A DNA stretch of 64,000 bases from Armatimonadota bacterium (GCA_041690135.1 JAWLHY010000016.1:96001-160000); one strand, 5' to 3'; positions 19,326 through 29,418 are shown, counted from the first letter of the stretch. A program made the numbers and translations. The notes: generated from the letters alone by a model not told the origin.

Positions 19326-20096
19326 TTACTCGGCTTTGCTGGATGCCGCAAGCTCCAGGATTTGGGTTCGGAGGATCGCCACCCACGCCGTGTAGCCGTC
19401 GTTGTTGAGATGAAGGCCGTCGTCGCGCAGCAGGTCCGCGCGCGGCTCCCCTTCCGGGGTCAGGAACTTGGTGTGGGAATCGAGGTACGCCAGTTTGCCG
19501 CCCTTTGCGTTCTGTTCCTGAATGTAACTGGCAATCTGGCGGTTGGCCTCCACCATCTGCTCCTGCAGGTTCCAGCGCTTCACGCTCGGGTTGATCGAGA
19601 TGAAGGCGATGCGGGTGTCCGGCAACTCGGCGCGTACTACGGCCACGAACTGTTCGAAGTCCTTTCGGACCTGTTCGGGGGTCAATCCCCGGGCGATGTC
19701 GTTGCTGCCGGCGTACAGGACGATCAGTCGCGGCTTGTAAGGAAGCACGATCCGGGGCGCGTAGTGGGTGCATTCCGCGATAATGGAGCCGCCGAAGCCG
19801 CGATTGATCACCTCCAACTCGGGGAAATCGTCGGCCAACGTCTTCCAGAGGCGAATACTGGAGCTGCCGACGAACAACACTCCGCCGGTGGGTGGTGGGT
19901 TCTCCCGGTCCGCCGCTTCATACGCGGCAATATCCTTCTCGAAGCGTGCTTCAGGTTTGGTTTCCGCCGGCTGGGCCGTACCAGCCGGTGAGGTAGGTGC
20001 GTGGCCAATTGCGGCGGATGCGGGTAGTCCCGGCGCGCCGAGGGAGAAGGCAAGGCCGGCGACCAGAAAACTGTAGATCAAGCGGTGGAGACGCAT
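19326..20096 (-). CDS. SGNH/GDSL hydrolase, exported
   Basis: FVGSSSIRLW, NRGFGGS, YAGSND, DGLHLN. Confidence 0.92.
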   Translation of the reverse strand: MRLHRLIYSFLVAGLAFSLGAPGLPASAAIGHAPTSPAGTAQPAETKPEARFEKDIAAYEAADRENPPPTGGVLFVGSSSIRLWKTLADDFPELEVINRGFGGSIIAECTHYAPRIVLPYKPRLIVLYAGSNDIARGLTPEQVRKDFEQFVAVVRAELPDTRIAFISINPSVKRWNLQEQMVEANRQIASYIQEQNAKGGKLAYLDSHTKFLTPEGEPRADLLRDDGLHLNNDGYTAWVAILRTQILELAASSKAE

Positions 20097-20177
20097 TCAA
20101 GAGCTCTCATGTCTGGAGGCCAGGCGACTTGCCTGGCCTCCCTCGCGTTTGGGGTGCGGTCCGGGGCGGACACGTAG

Positions 20178-22187
20178 TTATACGTTCCGGAGCCCAGATC
20201 CGTCTTTCCCCGAATTCTCCGCTCCTGGAACCTCCCGCACGGACTGGAGCCAAGCAGCCAGTTCGGTGTGGCCGGATTTTTCCGCCCAGGCCAACGGCGC
20301 GGCCCAGGGTTCCGCGTCCAGTTCATCAATGGGAGCGCCGCGTTCCACGAGGAGGCGCGCCATGCCCAGGCGGTTCCAGCGCGCCGCCCACCCCAAAGGC
20401 GTGCTCCGGAGGAGATCATCACGCACGTCCCACTGGGCACCGGCGTCCAGCAGCATGGTAGCGAACTCCGACCGCACCGCTTCGGTCATGACCGGCTGGC
20501 CCCAGGTGCTTCCCAGTGCCGCGACGCGGTGCAGCATCGTCGCACCGAACCGGCCCACCAGGTTGGGATCGCATCGTTCCAGGATCAGGCGGAAGCAAAG
20601 CGCGTAGGTGGACCGGTCCAACTCCTCGGCTCCGCGCGGAACCCAGTGTCCGGGGCCGTGGTTCCAGAGGCGGAGAGGCTGCTCCAGGATCTCGAACCAG
20701 CGGGTATCGTCTTTCGGCCAGTCGAGGCGCTCCAGGCATGCTGCCACGATTGCAGGATCTCCTCCACAGGCGGCAGCCCACAGGAGATCGCGAATGCCTT
20801 TCTCCCCGGTCTCCTTCAGGGAAGGAGATACCTCGTTGCCGCCCTCCAGGAAGCTGAGCCCCAGCGCTGTATGCCGGTATAGTCCGGCCGTGATGGCATC
20901 GACGCGTCCGCCGTAGCGTCGAAGCAGCACGATCATGCGCTTATCCCGCTGACCGTAGGCCTGGAACACGGCCGACCCGCTGGCATAGACCTGCGCGTTG
21001 GGATCGGCGCCCCGCTCCAGCAGCAACTCCGCCAGGTCAAGACGCCCGGAGCCGGCACAGTGCCACAGCGGCATCCCACTGCTGAGCTGCTTCTCCTCCA
21101 GTTCCAGGACCTGCGTCGCCTCGTTCGGATCCAGGCCCAAATCGAGCAGTGACTCCAGCACGTCGGAGCGGTCGTGCTGGACAGCCACGCTCAGAAGGCC
21201 TCCCCGGAAGACATCGATCTGCGTGAATGCTTCCGGCCTCTCTGCGTGGAGTGAGATCAGGGCCTCGCGTTCTCCCAGCGCCACGGCGGCCAACGGCGTA
21301 ATGCGGGCTCCCGCAGTCCTCATCCGGTTCGCCACCGGTTCGAAGCGCCGTAAAGACCCCGGCCTACGCCAGTGGACGGCCCGGACCGCGTGATCCAGGG
21401 GCGTGTGACCGCGAAAGTCGAGCGCGTCAACCTCCGCGCCGTGGTTTAACAGCCAGAAGACCACTTGCTCGCTAAGTGCGGCGGCGGCCAGGTGAAGTGC
21501 GGTGGCTCCCTCTTCGTTTACGGCAACCAGCAATGAGGGATCTTCGTTCAACAGCGCAATCGCTGATTCCGCGGCTTCCCCCCGCAACGCTTCCACAAAC
21601 GGGGTGAGATCAGGCACCGCGACCGACCTGGCCCCAGCCAGTGCTTCCCGGCGCCGCCTCTCCCCTTCGTCGATCGCCGCCACGACCTCCGTGTAGCCTC
21701 GTTCACGGGCCAGGGTGTAGGCACTGGTGGCGTCGCGGTGCGGGTAGATGCCCTGATGCGGGTCTGCTCCCGCTTCCATCAGGAGCCGCACCATCTCCAC
21801 GCAGCGGCCCAGAACCGCGAAGTGCAGGGCCCGGTGCTCGTTGTCGCCGGCCAGGTCCATGTGGACCAGCTCCGGCCGGCGCCGGAGCAAGGCGCGCACA
21901 CGGGATCGGTCACCCGCCTGCACCGCTTCCACCAGGCGGGCTACGGTGGCCCGGTCCAATTCTTCCTTCAGCCGGGGCCAGCTCTCGAAACCGTGGAAAC
22001 GCGCGATCACCAGCAGCGCATCCGAGAGTTGGAAGGTGGCGGGGTCGGCGTTGCGGTAATGGGCATCCACCAACGCCACAGCATCCGGATGCCCGGCTTT
22101 GAACGCCCGGCACAGGTCGCGGGCCTGGCGGCGGACTTGCTCCGCATCCCGGTGCCGTTCGTGCGGCGTGGGGGGCAGGTAACGCAT
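20178..22187 (-). CDS. ankyrin repeat protein with N-terminal helical domain
   Basis: ALHFAV, TALHLAA, TPLDHA, TPLGWAAR repeats; AAGGAG RBS. Confidence 0.9.
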   Translation of the reverse strand: MRYLPPTPHERHRDAEQVRRQARDLCRAFKAGHPDAVALVDAHYRNADPATFQLSDALLVIARFHGFESWPRLKEELDRATVARLVEAVQAGDRSRVRALLRRRPELVHMDLAGDNEHRALHFAVLGRCVEMVRLLMEAGADPHQGIYPHRDATSAYTLARERGYTEVVAAIDEGERRRREALAGARSVAVPDLTPFVEALRGEAAESAIALLNEDPSLLVAVNEEGATALHLAAAALSEQVVFWLLNHGAEVDALDFRGHTPLDHAVRAVHWRRPGSLRRFEPVANRMRTAGARITPLAAVALGEREALISLHAERPEAFTQIDVFRGGLLSVAVQHDRSDVLESLLDLGLDPNEATQVLELEEKQLSSGMPLWHCAGSGRLDLAELLLERGADPNAQVYASGSAVFQAYGQRDKRMIVLLRRYGGRVDAITAGLYRHTALGLSFLEGGNEVSPSLKETGEKGIRDLLWAAACGGDPAIVAACLERLDWPKDDTRWFEILEQPLRLWNHGPGHWVPRGAEELDRSTYALCFRLILERCDPNLVGRFGATMLHRVAALGSTWGQPVMTEAVRSEFATMLLDAGAQWDVRDDLLRSTPLGWAARWNRLGMARLLVERGAPIDELDAEPWAAPLAWAEKSGHTELAAWLQSVREVPGAENSGKDGSGLRNV

Positions 22188-22325
22188 GGAGATCTCCTTT
22201 CACGAGCGGGCCCGAGGTCCGCTCGATCGGGCAGAAAGAAGATCGCCCTGGCTACAGGTAATGCGGCCGGAACAGGTGGACACGGTCCTTTCCGCGGACT
22301 CGGGGGCGCCCTGCCGCACCCTCTC
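22188..22325 (-). ncRNA. candidate cis-regulatory structured leader RNA
   Basis: Multiple mutually exclusive stems between an extended -10 (TGCTATACC, 22330-22338) and the RBS; see findings. Confidence 0.5.
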
Positions 22326-22405
22326 GCTTGGTATAGCATGAAGACGACCGGAGGGCACCACGCAAACCGGAGCAAAAAACTTCCTGATTCATCATGCGGA
22401 AGTGC

Positions 22406-22436
22406 TTGACCCTGACGTTACGTCACCCTGTAGCCT
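22406..22436 (+). promoter_or_regulatory. MerR-type promoter/operator
   Basis: TTGACC-N19-TAGCCT with dyad TGACGT-T-ACGTCA (22413-22425) in the spacer. Confidence 0.85.
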
Positions 22437-22460
22437 GCACACGGAAAGGAGGAGGACACC

Positions 22461-23294
22461 CTGAACGGCCGTTTCTATCGCACGGGGCAATTTGCACGAC
22501 GGGCATCCGTCACGCTGCGCACGCTCCGCTACTACGACCGGGTCGGTCTCTTGAGCCCCCGGCAGCACACAGATGCGGGATATCGCCTCTATTCGGACGA
22601 GGACCTGGTCCGATTGCAGCAGATCCTGGGGCTCAAGTTCCTGGGTTTCACGCTGCAGGAGATCCGCGCCTGCCTGGAAGCTGGGCCGCAGCAGCTCTCC
22701 GTGGTGCTGGCGCAGCAGAAGGCGATGCTGGTGGACAAGCGCCGCCAGCTCGACGCAATCTTGCGGGCGATCGAGGAGACCGAGCAGCTTGTGCAGGCCG
22801 GCGAGTGGAATTGGGAGGCCATCGCGGGGGTGATCCAGATAACGCAAATGGAACAAAAGAGTGAATGGGTGAAGAAGTACTTCTCGGAAGAGCAACTCGC
22901 CAAGATGGAGGAGCTTAGCCAGAGCTCCTACTCGCCCGAAGCGCGTGAAACACTGGCTCAGCGCAGTGGGGAGTGGACCGAGGCCGACCAGCAGCGCGCC
23001 CAGGAACAGTGGGCGCATGTGGCGAACGAGGCCCGCCGACTGGCTGCTGCCGGAGCGGACCCCGGCGGACCCGAAGCTCAGGCAGTCGCGAAGTTCAAGT
23101 ACGAGCTTCTTTCGGCCTTCACACAGGGGGATCTCCAGGTGGAAGCCGGCCTGAACCGATTCTGGGAACAGTTCCAGGCATTGCCGAAGGACGAGCAACC
23201 GTTCGATAACTCTCCCTTCGACGCCGGAGAGGAGGGCAATGCCCTGCTCAACCGCGCTATGGAGATCTACCGAGAGCGGAGTGCCGGTCCCTGA
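22461..23294 (+). CDS. MerR family regulator with TipAS-like C-terminal domain (CTG start)
   Basis: YRTGQFARRASVTLRTLRYYDRVGLLSP...GYRLY; ADPGGPEAQAV; AGGAGG before CTG; in-frame TAG at 22431. Confidence 0.88.
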   Translation: MNGRFYRTGQFARRASVTLRTLRYYDRVGLLSPRQHTDAGYRLYSDEDLVRLQQILGLKFLGFTLQEIRACLEAGPQQLSVVLAQQKAMLVDKRRQLDAILRAIEETEQLVQAGEWNWEAIAGVIQITQMEQKSEWVKKYFSEEQLAKMEELSQSSYSPEARETLAQRSGEWTEADQQRAQEQWAHVANEARRLAAAGADPGGPEAQAVAKFKYELLSAFTQGDLQVEAGLNRFWEQFQALPKDEQPFDNSPFDAGEEGNALLNRAMEIYRERSAGP

Positions 23295-23343
23295 AAACCG
23301 AGGAAGCCATGACCTGCCTCGCAGGCGTGCACACTAGCCAAAT

Positions 23344-23390
23344 GGGAAGCGGTGGGGCCCCTGTTCGCCGGCACAGGCTCACCGTTTCCC
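23344..23390 (+). terminator. long hairpin after the MerR gene
   Basis: GGGAAGCGGTGGG...CTCACCGTTTCCC with inner CCTGT/ACAGG; no clear U-tract. Confidence 0.45.
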
Positions 23391-23645
23391 AGGCCGTTGG
23401 GGCTACTGCACCTTCTCACAGGAAAGATCTGTAGACCGAGTTGCTGAGTGGCCCGGTGGCATGTTAAGTAAACACTTAGAACCGTAGTTGTAGTTCAGAA
23501 TCCTTCACCGGCTAACCGGTCTCCCTTCGACCTATGGGGGCGGAAGCAAGAGACCGGTATCTTATCTAACGCCGGCAGGTAACGAAGCAGGTCCATTCCA
23601 TCGCCTCCGACGGTGCAGGCGGAGGCCCTCACCGAGGGAAAGACC

Positions 23646-24419
23646 ATGAGATCGCGTCGGTCGGGGTTTACTTTGATCGAGCTACTGGTGGTTATCGCCA
23701 TCATAGCCATTCTGGCGGCAATCCTGTTCCCTGTGTTTGCACAGGCGCGCGAAAAGGCCCGGTCCGCCGCCTGCTTGAGTAATGTCAAGCAGCTCGCCAG
23801 CGCTGTCTTGATGTACACTCAGGACTACGATGAATTGCTGCCTCACCATGCTGCGGACGTTCAGGACTTCCTGAACCCGGCGGTTGCCCCAACCTGGCAG
23901 CGGGGGACCCTTCCCTATATCAAGAACGATAAGGTGTTCTTCTGTCCTTCCAGCCCTCAGGCTCCCACGCAACCGGAGAACGCCACCAATCGCTTGTGGC
24001 CCCGGAGTTCGTACCAGGGGAACTGCGTGGTCATCTCCCGGACGGGAACCGCGCTGGCCCGAATCCCCAATCCGGCGGACATCCTGTTTGCGCAGGAGAA
24101 TTTCTTCAAGTTTTTCAACGCGTATAATCGCCCCACGCAGAGCGGCAGCAACTTCTACTACTGGCACCTGATCGACTGTCGCCCGCAGTATCCCGGGCTC
24201 CCGATGACCGGTGGTCCGTGCGGCGAACAGTACAACAGCCGCCACTTCAGCGGCGGCAATCTCGTCTTTGTCGACGGGCACGCCAAGTACTTCCAGGTGG
24301 CGCGCATGAGAAGCGGTATGTTCGGGCTATTGCCCGACGAACCTTACAACCCGAACGACCCAACGCAGGGAACCTGCAGCCCCGGTTGTAGCTCGAAAGC
24401 TTATACGGCCGCGTTTTAG
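23646..24419 (+). CDS. prepilin-type N-terminal methylation / DUF1559 / H-X9-DG protein
   Basis: [25 protein letters not shown]; [16 protein letters not shown]. Confidence 0.92.
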   Translation: MRSRRSGFTLIELLVVIAIIAILAAILFPVFAQAREKARSAACLSNVKQLASAVLMYTQDYDELLPHHAADVQDFLNPAVAPTWQRGTLPYIKNDKVFFCPSSPQAPTQPENATNRLWPRSSYQGNCVVISRTGTALARIPNPADILFAQENFFKFFNAYNRPTQSGSNFYYWHLIDCRPQYPGLPMTGGPCGEQYNSRHFSGGNLVFVDGHAKYFQVARMRSGMFGLLPDEPYNPNDPTQGTCSPGCSSKAYTAAF

Positions 24420-24459
24420 CATTGACGCACTCCCGGCGTAACCGGAGAGGTAACTTCCA

Positions 24460-25374
24460 TCAACCGCCTGCGGCTGGCGTGAAGTGCTGGGCGACTTCAC
24501 GGGCGATCTCCGCGCTCAGGAGATCGCCCGCGTTGTCCGCGGACCAACGCTGGTCTTCATTCTGGTCGGTGAGCACGCTCAGGGCCACGGGGCCGCTCCG
24601 TGTATAGAGGATGCCCGCGGCCGTGCGGGCCGCGTTGACGCTGCCGCCTTTGAAGGCGACCCGCACGCCCGATGGGAGGAAACGCGGAAACTTGAAAGGA
24701 GCGTCGGTGGCCCGGAGGTGCCCCAGCATCGCCGCGGAGGCCTCGGGGCTGACCAGTTGGCGCTTTTCCAGGGCTTCAAACAACCGAACCGTTTCGCGCG
24801 CTGTAGTGCTGCCCAGCCCGAACTGCCGGCTGCGCTCCGGAAACACGGAAGTGTCCCGGCGGAACACCTTGGCATGCAGCTTGGTATGCGGGTAGCCCAG
24901 GCGCTCCATGGTAGCTGCCGTGGCGCCGACCCCGATCTGGTCCACGACCATATTGGTGGCCGTGTTGTCCGAGAGGGAGATCATAAGGTGGATGGCGTCT
25001 CGCAGGGTCAGCGTCAGCCCCGGCGTGAGTTGAGTCAGGATGCCCGAGCCGGGCACCTGGTCTTCTTTGCGAAGTGTGAGTTTCCGGTCGAGATCCAGTT
25101 GACCTTCCTTAGCCTGCCGGTAGGCCTCCACCATCACTGCCACCTTGATCAGGCTGGCGGTAGGCATCGGCGCATCGGCCTGGTGGTAGAACTCTTCGCC
25201 GGTGGTGAGATGCTTGACCGCTACCGCGACTTTCCCTTTGTGTGCGGTTATCAGAGGCTTCAGACGGTCTGACAGCGTTGCTTCGGTTGCAGCACGAGCC
25301 GGCAGACCCAGCATCGGGGCGGAAAACAGAACTGCCGTCGATAAACCGGCGAACTGCCTGCGTGAGATGCGCAT
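24460..25374 (-). CDS. class A beta-lactamase-like serine hydrolase, Tat signal
   Basis: ASLIK (SxxK), SDN, KGG; ISRRQF; start uncertain. Confidence 0.85.
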   Translation of the reverse strand: MRISRRQFAGLSTAVLFSAPMLGLPARAATEATLSDRLKPLITAHKGKVAVAVKHLTTGEEFYHQADAPMPTASLIKVAVMVEAYRQAKEGQLDLDRKLTLRKEDQVPGSGILTQLTPGLTLTLRDAIHLMISLSDNTATNMVVDQIGVGATAATMERLGYPHTKLHAKVFRRDTSVFPERSRQFGLGSTTARETVRLFEALEKRQLVSPEASAAMLGHLRATDAPFKFPRFLPSGVRVAFKGGSVNAARTAAGILYTRSGPVALSVLTDQNEDQRWSADNAGDLLSAEIAREVAQHFTPAAGG

Positions 25375-25588
25375 TTGGATGGCGCGCAATTTCAGCCTCG
25401 TAAGTTCATCCATCTTCCGGCCCGCCGACCGGCACATCGCTTTACTGTCTTCACCCATGGAATCCTCCCTGCCCCATTCTAACAGACGCAGGAGTTGTGG
25501 AAAGCGGAAGAGGTGGCGGAAACAAAAAGCGATCCACCCCTTGTGCAAAGAGTGGATCGCTTGAACGCTGGTTAAGTCCGGCGCCGGA

Positions 25589-26908
25589 TCAGGTCAGGTC
25601 CGGGAGAGGGCCGCCACCGCAGAAGTCCGGGTTGCCGAAGGTCGGAATCCGGTGGCCGAACCCGTGCGCGAGGGACATCAGCAGGCGGTTGTGCGGCACG
25701 CGCGGGTACTTGAGGGAACGACCCATCTTGAACCCGAGGCCGCCGCCCACGAGCACGAACGGAATGTTGTCCAGGGTGTGAGAGTTGCCCTTGCCCAGCT
25801 CGTTGGTCCACACGATGAGCGTGTTGTCGAGCAGGCTTCCCTCTCCGCCGGGCTCCGGCGTTTCGGCGAGGCGCTTGGCCATGTACGCCAACTGGCTGCA
25901 GTACCACTGGTTGATCCGGGTGAGCTTGTCCTGGGCGTCGGCATCGCTGTCCGGCTTGTGGGAGAGGTCGTGCTGCCCCTCCTGAATACCGAGCCAGCGC
26001 ATCCGGGCCTGGCCCACCGAGTTGGTGTACTGGAACGTCGCCACGCGAGCGAAGTCGGCGGCGAAGCTGTTCACCAGCAGGTCGATCTGCAGCTTGCTGA
26101 TCTGCGGGATGTTGTCGTTGTCCTCTTTCACCCCGGGTTCCAGCACGGGTACCGGATGTCCCATCTTCTGGGTGCCGGCGGAGCGGATCTCTTGCTCCAT
26201 CTCGCGGACGAGGGTGGCGTGCTCTTCCAGGATCTTCCGATCTTCCGACCCGACCCGGGAGCGCACCTTATCCAGGTCCTCGCGCAAATCGTCCAGCACA
26301 CTCCGGAGGCTTTCCTGGTCCTTGGCGCGACCATACAGCTTCTGAAACAACTGGTATGGATTGTCGATCGGAGCGACGGGCTTGTTCGGGCCGACATAGG
26401 ACATCCGGGTCCAGGTATCGGCTCGGTCCGGTACCATCACCCCGAGTTCCAGCGAGCCGAACCGGGTGCGGGTGGCGGGGTCCTTCTGGAGATAATTCTT
26501 GATCTCCTGGTCGATCGAAAGGCCGCTAGCCCAACCGGCCGGTGTATGGGAGCCGCCCTGGATATTGCCGGGGAAGAGCTCGATGCCCGTGAGCAGGCAG
26601 CCGATGCCCCGCATGTGGGCGTCGCCGTCCCCGCGCACGCGGTCGCATACGCCGTGCAGGATGAGGGTGCGGTCCCGGAACGGCTCCAGGGGCTTGAGGC
26701 TCTCCTTGAGCGTGAAGGCCTCCCCCACTTCATCCGGCCAGAACGTGTTGGGCACTACGCCGTCGGGGCTGAACATCACTACCAGACGCTGCTTGCGCCG
26801 GCCGTCGGCCGCGTGGGCCAGGCTGGGCAGGTTCAGGACGAAGGGCAGCGCGGCAGCGCTAACACCCAGGTCGCGCAAAAACTCACGTCGGGTATTCCGA
26901 TAGCTCAC
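25589..26908 (-). CDS. DUF1552 domain protein (Tat-exported)
   Basis: [10 protein letters not shown]; QHDLSH; [15 protein letters not shown]. Confidence 0.9.
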   Translation of the reverse strand: MSYRNTRREFLRDLGVSAAALPFVLNLPSLAHAADGRRKQRLVVMFSPDGVVPNTFWPDEVGEAFTLKESLKPLEPFRDRTLILHGVCDRVRGDGDAHMRGIGCLLTGIELFPGNIQGGSHTPAGWASGLSIDQEIKNYLQKDPATRTRFGSLELGVMVPDRADTWTRMSYVGPNKPVAPIDNPYQLFQKLYGRAKDQESLRSVLDDLREDLDKVRSRVGSEDRKILEEHATLVREMEQEIRSAGTQKMGHPVPVLEPGVKEDNDNIPQISKLQIDLLVNSFAADFARVATFQYTNSVGQARMRWLGIQEGQHDLSHKPDSDADAQDKLTRINQWYCSQLAYMAKRLAETPEPGGEGSLLDNTLIVWTNELGKGNSHTLDNIPFVLVGGGLGFKMGRSLKYPRVPHNRLLMSLAHGFGHRIPTFGNPDFCGGGPLPDLT

Positions 26909-26956
26909 GTTAGTTCCTCAAATCCACCATTACGACATCTAGAGGGCTCATCCGCC

Positions 26957-27003
26957 TCCCTACGCCTTTCCAACACCGGGTAGGGACGAGGGGTAAACCC
27001 CTC
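26957..27003. repeat. REP-like GTAG palindrome
   Basis: TCCCTAC...GTAGGGA plus GAGGGG-TAAA-CCCCTC hairpin. Confidence 0.45.
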
Positions 27004-27042
27004 CAGTGATTGGGACGGTCTGACCTGTGGAGAGTTTCAGGT

Positions 27043-29418
27043 TTACTGCTTGAGCGCTGCCTTCAGCATCGTCTCCACCAGTTGCTTGCGGACGTCGAAA
27101 TTGTTTGTGGCGAATGTCTGCCGGAGTTCCTGCAGCGTCTGGGGTCCGAACGCCTGCGCCGGCTGCTTGACCAGGTGCTGGAAGAGCTGCTCCACAAAGG
27201 CCACCTGGGAATCCTCGCTGGTCGCCAGGTAACTCGCCAGGTCGCGAACGCCCGAGAACTTGAAGGCCTTTCCGTCGCGGGTTTCGTAGCCTCCCGTGGT
27301 GTCGACCGGCTTGCCATTATCCCGGGTGCGGAGGCGCCCGATCGCATCGAACTTCTCCAGAGTAAAGCCCAGAGGGTTGATCAAGTCGTGACACGTGGAG
27401 CAGGCCGCCGGCTTCGTTTGGAGCATCACGCGCTGCCGGGTCGTCAGGTTCGGATGGGCTTCCGCCGGGATGGGGGTTACGGCGTCCGGCGGGGGTTGGA
27501 GCCGCCGTCCCAGGAGACTCCGGGCTACCAGCACTCCCCGGTGGATGGGTGAGGTCTCGTCTGTGTAGGCGAAGCTCGCCAGCACGTACGGGTGCGTGAG
27601 CACGCCGGCCCGCTCGTTCGGCTCCAGGGAGACGGGTTGGAACGGCGCATCCGCCGGGAGCGAGACTCCATAGAGCTTGGCCAGCCGACCGTTGAGATAC
27701 ACCTTGTCGCCCAGGAACAGCTCCCGCACGTCCGAACGCTCGCCCCATACTGCCGCGTCCAGGGTCAACTCCAGCGAGGTCCGGAGATCCGACGCGACCG
27801 CCTCGTCGAAGCCGGGGAAACGCTTGGGGTCCTTCGAAAGGTCGGGATACTGATCGACCTTGAGCCACTGCAAGAAGAACTGCTGGACCTTCGCGCGGGT
27901 GCGAGGATCGGCGGCCATCCGCTCCGCCTGCTTCTGAACCTGTTCCGGGGTGGACAACTGACCCGCCGCCGCCGCCTTCAGCAATTCCGCATCCGGGAAG
28001 GAATCCCACAGCCCAAAGGAAAGCCGGGAAGCCACGGCGTAGGCGTCCTGATCCGCGGTGCCCAGTTCCCGGTAGAGGAACCGCGGGGACTTGAGCGTGA
28101 GTAGTACCACCCGCTTGACCGCCGTTTCCAGGTCCGGCGAGTCGGCAAACTGTCGTGTGACGTAGGTCTGCTCCAACTCCGACGAAAGGGGGCGCCGGAA
28201 GGCCCTCTCCACGAATTGCCGGCAGAAGGCGCGCAGCCTGGTTTCGCGGTCCGGCGCCCCCTCCGCCGCCCCCGAAAGCTCGCGAAGGCGCGTGGCGACG
28301 AACCCGGCGGTCTCCAGGGCGCCTTCGGTGGTCGCTTCTTCCCACGCCTTGGAGATGGAGGTTCCCCGCTCATACCCTTCACTCCGGTCGTCCGGCGGGA
28401 ACGGCGAGGTGACCACGAACACCTCCGGCATGGCGACCGGCATCAGGCAGCGCTGCGGGATCGGTTCTTCCACCCGGTGCGGCGGCTTCCACTCCAGCGA
28501 GAGAGAAGCGGGCAGCGGTGGCTTCTCCTTGAGCTTGGCCAGGTTGTTTACGCCCTGCACGCCCTTGGAGAATTCAAGTCGCAACGGATAGGCGCGCCCA
28601 CCGATGAGGGAGAGGGCCCCCCGATACTCGTTCGCATTCCCGGATTTCACCCGCGCGTCGATCAACGGCTCGCGGCGGTTGTTGACCCAGAGTTGGGCGC
28701 CGTGTTCCGTGCGCACGATGAATTCGTACTCGCCCGTTTCCGGAGCGATGACGGAACCCTCCCACTGCATTGAAAACTGGTAGGGATCGTCCGCCTCGGG
28801 AAGCGGTCCGGTGGTTCCGAAGTTGAACCGGATCTCCGGGTCCACGCGTTCCAGAATGCGCTCGTTCCGCCGCGGACGGGCCGTCTTGTAGTATTCACCA
28901 CGCAGGCCGCGCCGCGCATCCCAGGGCCGGCTCTGCTGAAAGCTTCCCAGCAGGTCCGCCACGGCGTTGCGGTACTGACCCACCGTGAGCCGTGCCAGCT
29001 CCACGCGCGCTGGCTTGAGGCGGGCCTGGGCAATGGGCGAGTAGAAGGCGTCGTAGATGTACGATGCGACCAGTTGGGCGTTGGGGCCCGCGCACTTCTT
29101 GGGGGCGCCGGGAGGCATCGCTTCCGAGATGAAGCGCGCGAGTTGCCCTACCGACTGGTCGCCGATGAGTGGCTTCCGGTAAGCTTTGGTCCCCTCGCCC
29201 TTGGCGCCATGGCACGAGGCACACTGCTGCGCGTAGATTTGCTGGCCGGTCAACTTCTTCTTCGCAGCGACCGCGACGACGGCGGGGCGCTTCTTGCGAG
29301 CCGGCGCCGCGTGGGTCGCCACCATGACCGACAGCGAAGCGAAGAGGGCCAGGCCCAGGGCGGGGTATCGCGGGTTCCGCAAAAGATGGTGAGATAAAAG
29401 GGTGCGATCGTGCATCAT
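27043..29418 (-). CDS. cytochrome c / PA14 / DUF1592-DUF1588-DUF1585 protein
   Basis: CASCH and CSTCH; GLRGEYY...FSMQWEG...ETGEYEF (PA14); TSPIHRG; start approximate. Confidence 0.88.
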   Translation of the reverse strand: MMHDRTLLSHHLLRNPRYPALGLALFASLSVMVATHAAPARKKRPAVVAVAAKKKLTGQQIYAQQCASCHGAKGEGTKAYRKPLIGDQSVGQLARFISEAMPPGAPKKCAGPNAQLVASYIYDAFYSPIAQARLKPARVELARLTVGQYRNAVADLLGSFQQSRPWDARRGLRGEYYKTARPRRNERILERVDPEIRFNFGTTGPLPEADDPYQFSMQWEGSVIAPETGEYEFIVRTEHGAQLWVNNRREPLIDARVKSGNANEYRGALSLIGGRAYPLRLEFSKGVQGVNNLAKLKEKPPLPASLSLEWKPPHRVEEPIPQRCLMPVAMPEVFVVTSPFPPDDRSEGYERGTSISKAWEEATTEGALETAGFVATRLRELSGAAEGAPDRETRLRAFCRQFVERAFRRPLSSELEQTYVTRQFADSPDLETAVKRVVLLTLKSPRFLYRELGTADQDAYAVASRLSFGLWDSFPDAELLKAAAAGQLSTPEQVQKQAERMAADPRTRAKVQQFFLQWLKVDQYPDLSKDPKRFPGFDEAVASDLRTSLELTLDAAVWGERSDVRELFLGDKVYLNGRLAKLYGVSLPADAPFQPVSLEPNERAGVLTHPYVLASFAYTDETSPIHRGVLVARSLLGRRLQPPPDAVTPIPAEAHPNLTTRQRVMLQTKPAACSTCHDLINPLGFTLEKFDAIGRLRTRDNGKPVDTTGGYETRDGKAFKFSGVRDLASYLATSEDSQVAFVEQLFQHLVKQPAQAFGPQTLQELRQTFATNNFDVRKQLVETMLKAALKQ

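Noticed and set aside
22848-23294. Internal start producing a TipAS-only isoform
   Set aside because: In-frame ATG exists but has no convincing Shine-Dalgarno
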